DNA of 64,000 nt from Adineta vaga (lineage: Eukaryota; Animalia; Rotifera): contig CP075492.1 of assembly GCA_021613535.1 (NCBI GenBank), forward strand, positions 18,290,001 to 18,354,000, in the 5' to 3' direction. Shown here in pieces: positions 52,776 through 64,000 of this stretch. The notes below the pieces were generated by a model. The model saw only the letters and a list, made by a program, of their open reading frames with translations. It was not told where the DNA came from and made no database searches. Numbering within the stretch: position 1 is the stretch's first letter; every line of letters starts with the position of its first letter. A program made the position numbers and the translations under genes.

Positions 52776-55700
52776 TCACTTTTCATTTTTATTTTTCTTG
52801 GTCGTTGAATTCGTACGGTTTTCACTAGTTTTAAGATTTTTCGAGACAGGATGTTTCTGATCTAAATGTTGAATACCTTTTCTCACTTCTTCAAGTATTT
52901 GTACTGTATAATCATTTTTTTCATCTTTTGATTCATTTGACATTTCTTCTTGAACAGCTTCTCCACAACATTCAAGAAGACGTTTTTTCTGATTTCTAAA
53001 CCATTTCCATTGTTTTTTCAAATTTATTTCTTCATAACGTTTAGGAAGAATATAACAACAACCACAACGATTAAACCAATAAAGAAATTGCAATTTAAGA
53101 ATTTCTAAATCAGCAGTTAATTCATAAAATATATCAATTCGAATATTTCTAGCAGTATTCATCATTGGCGCAATTTCCCCAACAGCCACACCTATATTAT
53201 TATACAAAAAAAAAGAACATTTATCAAATATAAATACAAATTATTTTCACCAATAAGAAGATTCGATGCTAAAATAGTCATGCAAATGGCAAATAAAACA
53301 AGTAAAAAGAAACCAACTTTATAATACGCTTTATAATTATCATTAAACATTAAATCATCATAATTAATTTCACCAGTACTCATTATAACTAAAAAAGAAA
53401 GAAAGAAAGAAAGATTATATTACAAATAAAAATGATCAAATAGAACTTATCAATACTTATTTTAGCAAGACTAATAATAAAATCACTAAAAGTTTCAAAA
53501 TTTTGAAAAATCATATACAAAGGAAATGTAAATGCACATATTAATACAGTTAATACTGGTAAAAATAATATAAATCGAATTAAAATTTGTTTCATCATAA
53601 TAACATAAATACCAAAAATAGGTATATATTGTAAATAATAAAACAATGCTAAATAACCACTAAAAAGACCGTATGCACCAATTTGCCATTGATATGGACA
53701 ACGCATTCGATATTTAAATCGATGAGGAGTATCAATAACAAAATAATAATTACATCCAAGTGAGATTATTTCAAAAATAAAAGTAAATGTTTTTCGCCAA
53801 TCAATTCGAATATAACTTATAATAACCCAAATATTTTTAATAACATTTAATGATAATAAAACAATAACCAAGATATAAAGTCTTTCATCAATAATATCTT
53901 TTAAATCTCTATTACCAAGTGCTTGTATAACATTTTCACATAGACTATCATTGAAATCAAATCCTGTTAAATTATAAAGTTTATGTGGATGTTCTCTTCG
54001 TAAAACTATAACTGTATATATAGCAAGAAAAATTGCATATAAAAGAAATATACCAATAAAAAACAAATAACTAAACCAGAAGAATTTTTTATATACTAAA
54101 CTCATACTTAATGGATGAGTCATTAATTTATATCGATTATGAACCGCCATTAGAAAAAGTGGATGATTCATAACCAATGTTTTAAAATCTCGTGTATATG
54201 GTTTATTTTGATACTTCTTTTGATCAATAATACAATCACCTAAAATGAAATGATATTCAATATGATTTATCTTAGATATAATATTTCTATATTTTTTAGT
54301 ACTTTCAATATTTACCTTGTTGCCATTGATGAACAATATATTGATCTTCGAGAAATTCATAATCATAAAATTTTCTATATACTGTAGATTTATCATTGCC
54401 AATTGTTGTTGTACATTTTTCAAGAATTTCAAAAGCCATGTCAGGCATGTGTAGAATAAGTTTTCGTATAGGTGTATCAACTGTATGACGATCTGAACAT
54501 AATCGACAAAAGACATAAGAACAATGATCAACACATTTGCAACATGGTACACAACAACATTGTCGAATTGTTTGACTTCCACATGAACAACATGGTTTAC
54601 TGTGACTATTAGAAACTTGTGCATTACGCATTAGTTGAAATATCGATTCATGTTCAATAAAATATTTAACACATTCTTGATTTTTTTCTTCGATTGCTAC
54701 TTCCAAACAATTATAATTATGAATATTTATTTGAAATAAATCTGCACCATGTTTCAACAAACATTCAATCAAAGCAGCTGAACCATATCGACATGCAATA
54801 AATAATGCTGATTCTCGATGAATATTTAATGCATTTACGTCGGCTTGTTTTTCTATAAGATCATTGATACATTCAATACGATTTTGATTTTCTTCTTCAT
54901 TTAAATCCGACCAATGTACAGCTTCATGTAATGGTAAATGATAATTTATATCACGCGCATTAACATTTGCTTCTTTACCAAGAAATAGTCTGACAATCTT
55001 TGCATTACCTTTAAACAAAATTAATTTTAAAACTTTATGATAAAATCTGAATGTTTCTTATTTGCACTTCTCATTAGAGATGTAACAATAGTCATACGCA
55101 GGTATTATTATATTCCTACATCTCATCCTAAAACAAAAAAGATCTTTTCTTAATTTACCTTTTAATGCTGCTTTATGTAAACTTGTCTGTAATTTATCAT
55201 CATGATCGTCGATCAATTCTTTCGGATTGATTGCTGCTTTGATCATTAATTCCACAATTTCATAATTTTCGTTCATCACAGCTTGATGAAAAGCAGTTAA
55301 TCCATCATAATTTCGAACTTGTAACATTGATGAAATAGTCTTCACATCTGTAGTGTTTTTCGAAACATTAGATTTTGTATTGTTTTCTTGAGTTGATAAC
55401 AATCTTTCACACATATAAATATTGTTATTTTGTGCACAAATATGTAATGGTGTATCTCCTTTTTTATCCATCGGTGCTAAATTCAAACCATACGATTTTG
55501 CTTTCTTTAGTATCGTATCAGTAATGTCTTGATTTGGATATTCAGCACAAATATGTAATACTCCTCGATCAAAATTTGTTCTTGACTCTTTCATGATTTC
55601 TTTATTACAATACTTTTCATTCAAGAAACTTTCTACACATCCTTTTCGTCGATACTTGATGGCTATCATTAATGGAGTGTATCCATCTTTGGAGACAGAT

Positions 55701-56901
55701 TTCCCCATGGTTTGTATTGTCAAGAGATTTGAAATTTTGTCAACATCAAGTAACTTTTCTCCATTTGATTCTTGACAGATTAATTGCAATATGTGACCAG
55801 CAAGATCTTGTTTTTTCCGTACAAAATCTGATAAATATCCCGATTCATGATAACGAATAATATTAGCAACGAAATGCTTCATGCCATGTTTAGGTATGAG
55901 CTGAGAAGATGAATTTTGAAAATATTTTCTAATTATATCTAATTGTTCGTGTTCATTAGGAACATCTTGAGTTTGTCTTTCATTATTCCGGAAATAATAT
56001 TCGTAATGGAAGGAAGTAGCGCCTTGAATGTCAAATGTCTATGTTAGAATGAAAAATAACTGAGTTGTCTTTTCATTGATTATTTTAGATAATGTTAGCT
56101 TTAGAAATTAAAATTTTTTCCATAACTTACATTAGGATTTGCACCAAATTGAATTAATATTTCAGTAATTTTAGTATGATTGCGCATTAATGCATGATGT
56201 AATGGTGTTCGTCCTTTATCATCTTGAGCGTTTATCTTAATTTTCTGGTGGCGCAATAGCAAATGTAAAATTGATTCCTATGAAATTGAATAATATGAGA
56301 AGATAAAGATGAGAAAAATCGATTCTACTTTGATAGATACATGTCGACCGTTGTTCATTAATTCTTGTAGTGCTTGCTCGATTTTCGATGAACATGCAGC
56401 AATATGTAGTGGAGTTTGACCATCGCAACCTGGTAAATTAACGTCTGAGTAAAGAAAATAAAATGAATGTAACACATGGAGAAATAAGGCAAGAGTTTAT
56501 ACTGCATTTATATGGAGAATTCAATAGCTCGTTGGAACTATAATAGTTATTCCATCGGACAGCATAATGAATCGGTGAATAATTGTTCTCATCAAGTTTC
56601 TCAATGACTTTGTTTTCAGAATTTTTGTATGGTAAAGTCTGAAAGATCTTGTCGATTATTTTCCATTCAGCCTTCGTTTTTCTTGAATCTTGACAGCAGG
56701 CTGCCTATATAAAAAAATAGTTATGTAAACTTGTTCATAATAGTAATATATTCTTACTTGCTTTAGATGCATATCAATTGTTTGTAGTGTTCTATTTTCG
56801 AACTCTTCGTCAAATGACATGCTTTGGTGTGCTATATGTTGATCCACGTCTATCGAAACAGTCGGACTATCTATCGAGAATGGCTTTACTCGTGACGTCA
56901 T
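52776..56901 (-). CDS. TRPA-like ankyrin-repeat cation channel, multi-exon
   Basis: Many TPLH ankyrin repeats, HPLS pre-S1, six TM segments, MSTGEINY pore, spliced NLLIG|VAVGEI S6 motif. Confidence 0.9.
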
Positions 56902-57880
56902 CTCCTAGTTGTAACGAAATAGGTTTTGAAAATCTACAGTAATAAAATATGATTGTTGTGATGAGTTTGTATGTCAACGACAAAACCTTTCTGACACTTG
57001 CATCTATTTAGCAATTCGACTTATCTTGAGGGTGTGGGTTTATAGACCTGGATGTTCGGTGAAACCATGGGTGGGTGTATGAACATGTGTTCCGTGTGGA
57101 TGAAAATGTGTCAAAATAGATGAAATAGCGTGGGTGTGGGTGAGACAAAAATCTGAATCGTTTTCGCGTAGATAAAGTTGCTACATCAATTCGTCTTACT
57201 TTTGGCACACGCAGAAAAACTCTGTCTTCTACAGTCGAGGGTAAATTCAGTCGACACGACGAACGTTACTTGTTTCTTAATCACCATCGAGTATCTCTTC
57301 TAATATTTATATATATTATCACGAAAAAGTTTTTATTCACAAATGAAGCATAATAGTAGCTATGTCTGATAGTCATGATCGAAGAAATTCTTTCTCATTC
57401 CCGTCTATCAAGGCTGTACTGTATAGGTTTGACGGGCATAGTAAATAATAACAGTATTTATTTTTTCATAATAAATGAACGAAGCACTATCAAGGACAAA
57501 TTTCGTTCGTTTCTTTGCTAGTTAAAAAATTATGCATAATCATATATAATCAGTATTATTTTCAAATTTTATTTACTTTTTCGAAGCCATGTTAGTGTCC
57601 ACGGTAAAAAAGCTACTAACGATTAATTAGAAACTTATGAGACAAACTAATGAAAACAAAATACATATGCAAAAATAACTTCAAAATCACCTATCGAGGG
57701 TGTGTGTGTGGTAGAAAGCAACACAGATACCTCACGAGTGTTTGCAACGACTGACGGCGCAATCGCTATGACTTAAGCTCTCACTTTCAGCACGTAAATG
57801 CTCTTCTTTCACAGCAAACATTCGATTATTGCGTTCCTAATCTAACGGTCAGCCACCCACACCGAAACCAACGTACCTGA

Positions 57881-58526
57881 TTACATCGTCAGTGCTTTAG
57901 ATTGTTCGATCGTCAGTTCATTAGGTCGTTACATCGTCAGTTCGTTAGATAGTTGAATCGTTAGGTCGTTCGATCGTCAGTTCATTAGATAGTTGAATCG
58001 TTAGGTCGTTCGATCGTCAGTTCGTTAGGTCGTTCGATCGTCAGTTCATTAGATCGTTAGATCGTGGGATCGTCAGTTCGTTAGGTCGTTCGATCGTCAG
58101 TTCATTAGATCGTTAGATCGTGGGATCGTCAGTTCGTTAGATCGTTACATCGTCAGTTCGTTAGATCGCTACATCGTTAGATCGTCAGTTCGTTAGATCG
58201 CTACATCGTTAGATCGTTACATCGTCAGTTCGTTAGATCGTGGGATCGTTAGATCGTGGGATCGTTAGATCGTGGGATCGTGGGATCGTTAGATCGTGGG
58301 ATCGTTAGATCGTTGGATCGTTAGATCGTCAGCTCGTTAGATCGTTAGATCGTCAGCTCGTTGGATCGTCAGCTCGTTAGATCGTTACATCGTTAGATCG
58401 TCAGCTCGTGAGATCGTCAGCTCGTGAGATCGTTACATCGTTAGATCGTCAGCTCGTGAGATCGTCAGCTCGTGAGATCGTCAGCTCGTGAGATCGTTAC
58501 ATCGTTAGATGGTTGGATCGTTTGAT
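57881..58526. repeat. 8-bp-unit variant satellite (ATCGTTAG/ATCGTCAG/ATCGTGGG/CTCGTGAG etc.), about 80 units
   Basis: Clear 8-nt periodicity read directly from the sequence. Confidence 0.92.
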
Positions 58527-58704
58527 CATCACCTGGTTACCTTCTTAACTATATATCCTGGATCCGTTCAGCTCGATCGCTACCCGCTAGTTAATGCGAA
58601 GGCCCCTACCGCTGTTGGCATAAACACCGTAGCGGAAACGTGTACACATGGAAGAATTCAGCGCCGAACAGCGATCGCGTTCACGCATCACCCGCACTGT
58701 TACC

Positions 58705-59124
58705 AACATCCTTATTCACACCCTCCGTTACATCCACACACTTACCTAAACCTACATCCTTATTCAGACACTCAGTTACACCCACACCCTCACCTAAACC
58801 TACATCCTTATTCACACCCTCACCTAAACCCATATCCTTATTCACACCCTCAGCTACACCCACACCCTCACCTAAACCCATATCCTTATTCACACCCTCA
58901 GCTACACCCACACCCTCACCTTAACCCATATCCTTATTCACACCCTCAGCTACACCCACACCCTCACCTAAACCTACATCTTTATTCACACACTCAGTTA
59001 CACCCACACCCTCACCTAAACCCATATCCTTATTCACACCCTCAGCTACACCCACACCCTCACCTTAACCCATATCCTTATTCACACCCTCAGTTACAGT
59101 CTCACCGTTATCCACACCCTCAGG
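58705..59124. repeat. Telomere-like hexamer array (CACCCA/CACCCT variants) with 48-bp higher-order unit
   Basis: CACCCACACCCTCACCTAAACCCATATCCTTATTCACACCCTCAGCTA repeated in tandem. Confidence 0.9.
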
Positions 59125-60504
59125 AAGCGATATAGCCATCTACAAATTAACCTCTCAAAAGCACTCTCATGCGCTCCCTCGGGTAAATGCATATGCATAC
59201 TTTCAGGCACATCAATAGCCTCATTCGCACCCTCAACGAGCCATATATTCATACACGAATGAAGTGGACAATAGTTCCGAGGTCCACATCTTCACCCTCA
59301 AGAATGGTGGTTTGCCGAGGTATGTGCAAAGTTGATTCCTATATTCAAGGTTACTTTTCAGATGGTAGTGATTTATCCATTTCAAACATGCGCTTTGTGT
59401 CACGATAATTGATGGCACTATTTTTTACGGAAGTTTGATGTTCTTCAATTGATACTTCATTATCTACGCTTGCAGTAGGAGCATTAAATGCTTGATGAAT
59501 ATGTGTGAATGATATAGAAGTTTCATAGAGTTTTTCGAATGGCTAAATATTGAATGTATGTCGGAAGCAATGGCAAAGATGAAGCACATTTCGAACAGAT
59601 GGTTGACGTCTAATCTATAACCCGGGATTGAGCGCGTAGCTGACATATATTTATAGATAGATGACTCGATTTTTCACGCGAACAAAGTTGATTATATTTA
59701 TCTTGTCTTAGGATTGATAACAAAAACTAACAACAGTGAAAAAATGCTGTTGTATGCCAAATAAGAAGAAAAGTTATCAGATAGCTAGTAATTAAGTTTG
59801 TATTAGAATATAACGAAAAATCAGATATTATATCACTGTCTGATCATTAACTAAATTTTAAAGATTATATTTGTATTGAAAAGAATTTTTGCAGGTATTT
59901 TGTTTGAATTGCTTGTTATTAATATTTTGTTTGCTGTCGATCTTTTCTTACTTTGCTGTATGCTTTTTTACGTGCTTGATTTGAATTTTGCTAATCTTTT
60001 TTAGATATCTTTTTAAATTATTTTTCCTTTTCTTTTTCGTTGGTGTCTGTTAGTTATACTAATAAGTTTTGTTTGTCGAACGAGTGTCTGTGCATCAGCG
60101 ACATCTATTACTGAAGATATACAATTAAATAAATTATTGCATGACTTTTATAAAAAGAAGTATTTTCCGGAAATTAGAAAATACGAATTAATGTATTTAT
60201 ATTATTTGATATTTTGTCCGTCCGACTCGAAATTTCTACCATTCAATAAACGGTGGATTAACGGTCACTAGAAATGAAATACATAATGGTCCAGCTTGAA
60301 AATGAATACGTACAATAGATAAAAGGCAATGGAATACTGACCGATCGATTTTCTTATACACCATTTCTACGAATCGATTATCGATCGTTGTTAGTTACAA
60401 AATCGGATTAGTTATCTTATTATTTTTCGAAGAAAAAGTCGTTTATATTTTGATTCTATTTTTAAATACTTTTAGATGATATCAACTTTTAAAAGCATCG
60501 TAAT

Positions 60505-63073
60505 ATGAAATCATTTACATCAAATTTTAACACTCTACCGTCATTTTTATTGTCTGCTAATCGTAATGCAGCAGGTGAATTGACACGAAATGAAACCATT
60601 GGAAATTTTCTACCAAATCATGTGGCAAATGTCTATCTCAATTACGAATATATTAATAAGATTAATGCATTTGGATTATTTGTTGCTAGTCTACCAGTTT
60701 GTTCTCATTTATTGGGTAATGATGTTTATTTGAATTATCTTGGTAATCGATTAAATCCTGTATCACTAAATGTCATTGTTGGTGGTGCTACTGGTATGCT
60801 TGTTAAGATATTATTTGTCGCGATTTATCCTTATATTTAAGGTACATTGAAATCAACTGTTATTCGACAAGCTATTGAACCATTTGAACGAATATCGAAT
60901 TTGGTTCCTCGTTTGCAAATGAGCGTTGAAAAAGTGAAGGCAATTAAACCAAATTTGAATACAACAGATACACAAAAAGAAAAGCAATTATTTACTCATA
61001 GTATCGTATTGAAATCTACCATCATTGACAATACCACACCTGTCGGATTATTAATGTCATTCAATACATCCGAGAATTTATTGATTGCTACAACGGAAGC
61101 TGACACACAATTAGGAAAATTTGGTATGTGAGTTTTTATTAAGACTTTTCGTTTATTGTTTATTATTCTTCTAGGTTTATTTGATACAACAGGTAGTGAT
61201 CGACATACAGAAAGTTCAGATACGTTAATAAAAGCATACGATGGTCAAATATCGAACTTTAGTCGTATGACCGGCGCCGGTGGAAGTATTTATGTTGAAC
61301 ATGGTGTCTTATCGTTTATCGGTGGTTCAACTTTAGAAAAGTTTTTTAATGTATTAAAACTCATTTTGGAATATCGATCATCAACCGGTTTGTATACAAG
61401 ATTTTTATATTTGACCATGCCTCAAATCAAAAGTATACGTGTTGATGCATATAAATCGTTTCAAATTAATCAACGTTTACCGTCCTTATCATTTCTTTAT
61501 TTAATTATTAGCCAAATGGAACAGGTCGAATTTCATTTCCGAAAAACACAAAATAGTCAACCCGATAGGTAACACATGTAGCAGTGCGATCATTTTCACT
61601 TATTTTATTTATAGTCATGGAATTGATCGTGATGATGGTGATTATGATGCCAACAGCGCATTAAATTTCTATGTTAATCATGTTGGTGATATTAATGATA
61701 ATTCATTAATAAATAACCGACCTCAATACGAACATGATATAATTGTGAAGATGATGGAACACGCACCTCGATTATGCTGTATTATTCAATCCATCTTGAT
61801 TGCATTATCAGTTGCATCATCATTTGAAGATGATCTTAGTTTTGATTATGGCGAAAATACACCTATTGATTCAACATGGTTAGCTATTATTTCCGAACGT
61901 TTAAATTCGATGTACTTTTCAAAAACACCGATTTCAAACAAAAATAAATTTCACATCGTTTATGTTGAATTAACTGCTTGCGAAATTGCAATGAAATTGG
62001 TGGATTACTTTCTCAAACAAGCATTAACTTTGTTCAATACTGATCCTGAGCATATACGAAGAATAACAGCTTCAATAGCGTCGTCTAGTACTGATATGTT
62101 ATTGAACAAAAGTTTGTCAAATTTTGATAATAAACAAGACAACAAAAGCTTACATTCGTGTCTTTTCATGCATTTCCAATACAATTATTTTTTCAAAGAA
62201 TGGCTACGAAGAGGTTATCCAGCAGGTGGATCAATTACTGGACAAAATCCTGTGTCAAAAAGTCTCCTAAAAGATAATTCGGTTTTTGATAAACAACTGG
62301 ATGAATTAGTGCAAGCAGGTTTATTACATACATCAGTGAAAATGATCGAAGCAGGTGAAAAGCAAAGCAATTATTCAAGAAATTATTTTAAATGTTATTA
62401 TCGTTGTTTGCCTGGATTATCAAATGAAGAACAACAAGATTTTCAACAAAAGTTGAATTCTTTTGAAATCAATACAACATTAGAAAATTATATTCGTTTC
62501 CATAATGAATGCATTAAACATGATTTACCTAAACAATATGTTATTGGCAAAGAACAAATGCTCTGGTATCAAGAACGACCACAATATCGTTCTGAATTTC
62601 AACATTATTTTCCACGTGAAACATTTGTTCTTAAACTAAACGATCATGAACAAATAAACATGGACAATGCTTTTCAAACATTTGATAATTACGAGCAAAA
62701 TATTAACATCAATAGAAATGCATCTCATTCCAAAATCACAAAGGATATGGCAACATTAACTGATGAATTCGAAGTTGAAAACAATCTCAACATTATTTCG
62801 AATATTAAATCTATTAAAAGTGTATATGTTTGTAATAAATCATCACCATTATTATCTCGACCAATAACAACAACATTAGTAGCAGTACCAAAACCAAATG
62901 AAACGGCAATTCAACAAGGATTTTTACTTGAAATGAATAAAGAAAAATCAAAATTACAGCAAATTCTCGATTCTTTGTGCTTTGTTGTCGGTTACGATAC
63001 GTATAATGAAATCATTACAAATGTGAATAAATTGAACAAAAAAGATGAACAAAGTAATTCGCTCATAACTTAA
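60505..63073 (+). CDS. DUF3987/YfjI-like P-loop ATPase, 4 exons (60505-60793, 60842-61123, 61175-61568, 61615-63073)
   Basis: Spliced NVIVGGATGTLKS Walker A-like motif, IIDNTTP, TEAD, LIKAYDG...FSR, GLYTRFLY, APRL, AMKLVDYF...QA; junctions in frame. Family call is from motif recollection. Confidence 0.65.
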
Positions 63074-63145
63074 CTATAACGATGAATGTTTTATATCAAT
63101 TTCTTTACAGAATCTAAGTATTTTCTTACATTCAACAGTAGCAAT

Positions 63146-63763
63146 ATGGGCACACGTCTTTATAAGAAGTTTCAGATTGATGGTAAGTAAATTTTAATTT
63201 ATTTATCATATACTAGTTAGTCATGAACATTTATTTTTAAATTCAATAGAACTCGAAGGCAATCATGATGCATCAGTATTTAATAACCAAGAAACAACAT
63301 TACTATTGAATGAAACACAAGAGCAAGGAGTTGTTTCTGATCAACAAATATCACCCAACTTCAATTTGACATGTGATGAATGTAAATAAACATTTATATG
63401 TAAACCAATTCATATCTCATATTCATTTTCGTCTTTGTTTAGTATTTCAGAGTAATGACAGAACATCAATGGCTACAAATATTATCAACCAATCATCTAT
63501 CCCATCGGCTTACGATGCTAATAATGTTCTCCATCATAACAATACCATAAACAGTGCACATCAAGCTGTTCCAATTCTAACTAATCAAAATATACAATCA
63601 GGTATGTTTTCCTGACAAAACCCATGAGTTTTAATTATTTATTTTATAGATATTCTTGAAGATATTGATGATGATGAATTAATCAATCTTTTTGATTATC
63701 TCGATAAATGTACTTATAATTTTGATCAACGTGTATCTAACAACATAGATTTACAGATAAATA
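63146..63763 (+). CDS. Hypothetical multi-exon gene, 3' end not resolved
   Basis: ATG GGC ACA... (MGTRLYKKFQID) then GTAAG donor; further AG/GT-bounded exons at ~63250, ~63443, ~63650. Confidence 0.45.
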
Positions 63764-64000
63764 GTGAGTATGATCTACTCTGTGTAAAATATAAGTTGAA
63801 CACAAACAGGATTTCTGTCATCTTCTGTCAATGTTCGTTTTGGTGGTATTACGCATCTCATAATAATTAAATCGGAATTATTCTGAAATAGTAAATGATA
63901 AATTTTCATGATCTTAAAGTAGTACTTTTTTTAATAAGTATTTTCAAAATATTTATTGACAGTTATGAATCAACAAGTATTGGTTTGATATTAGGTTGCA

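Noticed and set aside
53389-54624. N-terminal part of the 411-aa track ORF as a separate gene
   Set aside because: Alternate-frame run-in to the TRPA transmembrane exon, which begins near 54240.
58509-59135. 208-aa His/Pro-rich ORF and overlapping ORFs
   Set aside because: By-product of stop-free hexamer repeats; open in several frames and on both strands.

Overview
AT-rich eukaryotic DNA with many short (~50-60 nt) GT-AG introns. Gene families, intron size and (TGTGGG/TGAGGG)-type repeats suggest a bdelloid rotifer (inference, not verified). Host-type genes: an SDR, a DEG/ENaC channel, a modular NHLx3-PPCx2-7TM receptor, an astacin-PPC-NHL protease, a CYP3-clan P450, an F-box protein with 13 single-repeat LRR exons, a mitochondrial carrier and a TRPA-like channel. 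Mobile DNA: a full-length hAT transposon, several MITE-like elements, a Penelope/Athena-type hammerhead ribozyme with a telomere-complementary tail, and a dispersed telomere-like hairpin family. The best candidate for an undescribed system is a GC-richer island at ~6.6-14.4 kb. It holds an intronless ARM-like/TIR gene set divergently to a bacterial-type RloC/AAA_13 (SMC-like ABC ATPase + HEPN-like) gene that has gained two spliceosomal introns, i.e. a possibly domesticated antiphage-type module in an animal. The right end has two satellites and an intron-containing DUF3987-like ATPase gene. All family assignments come from motif recognition by eye; no searches were run.
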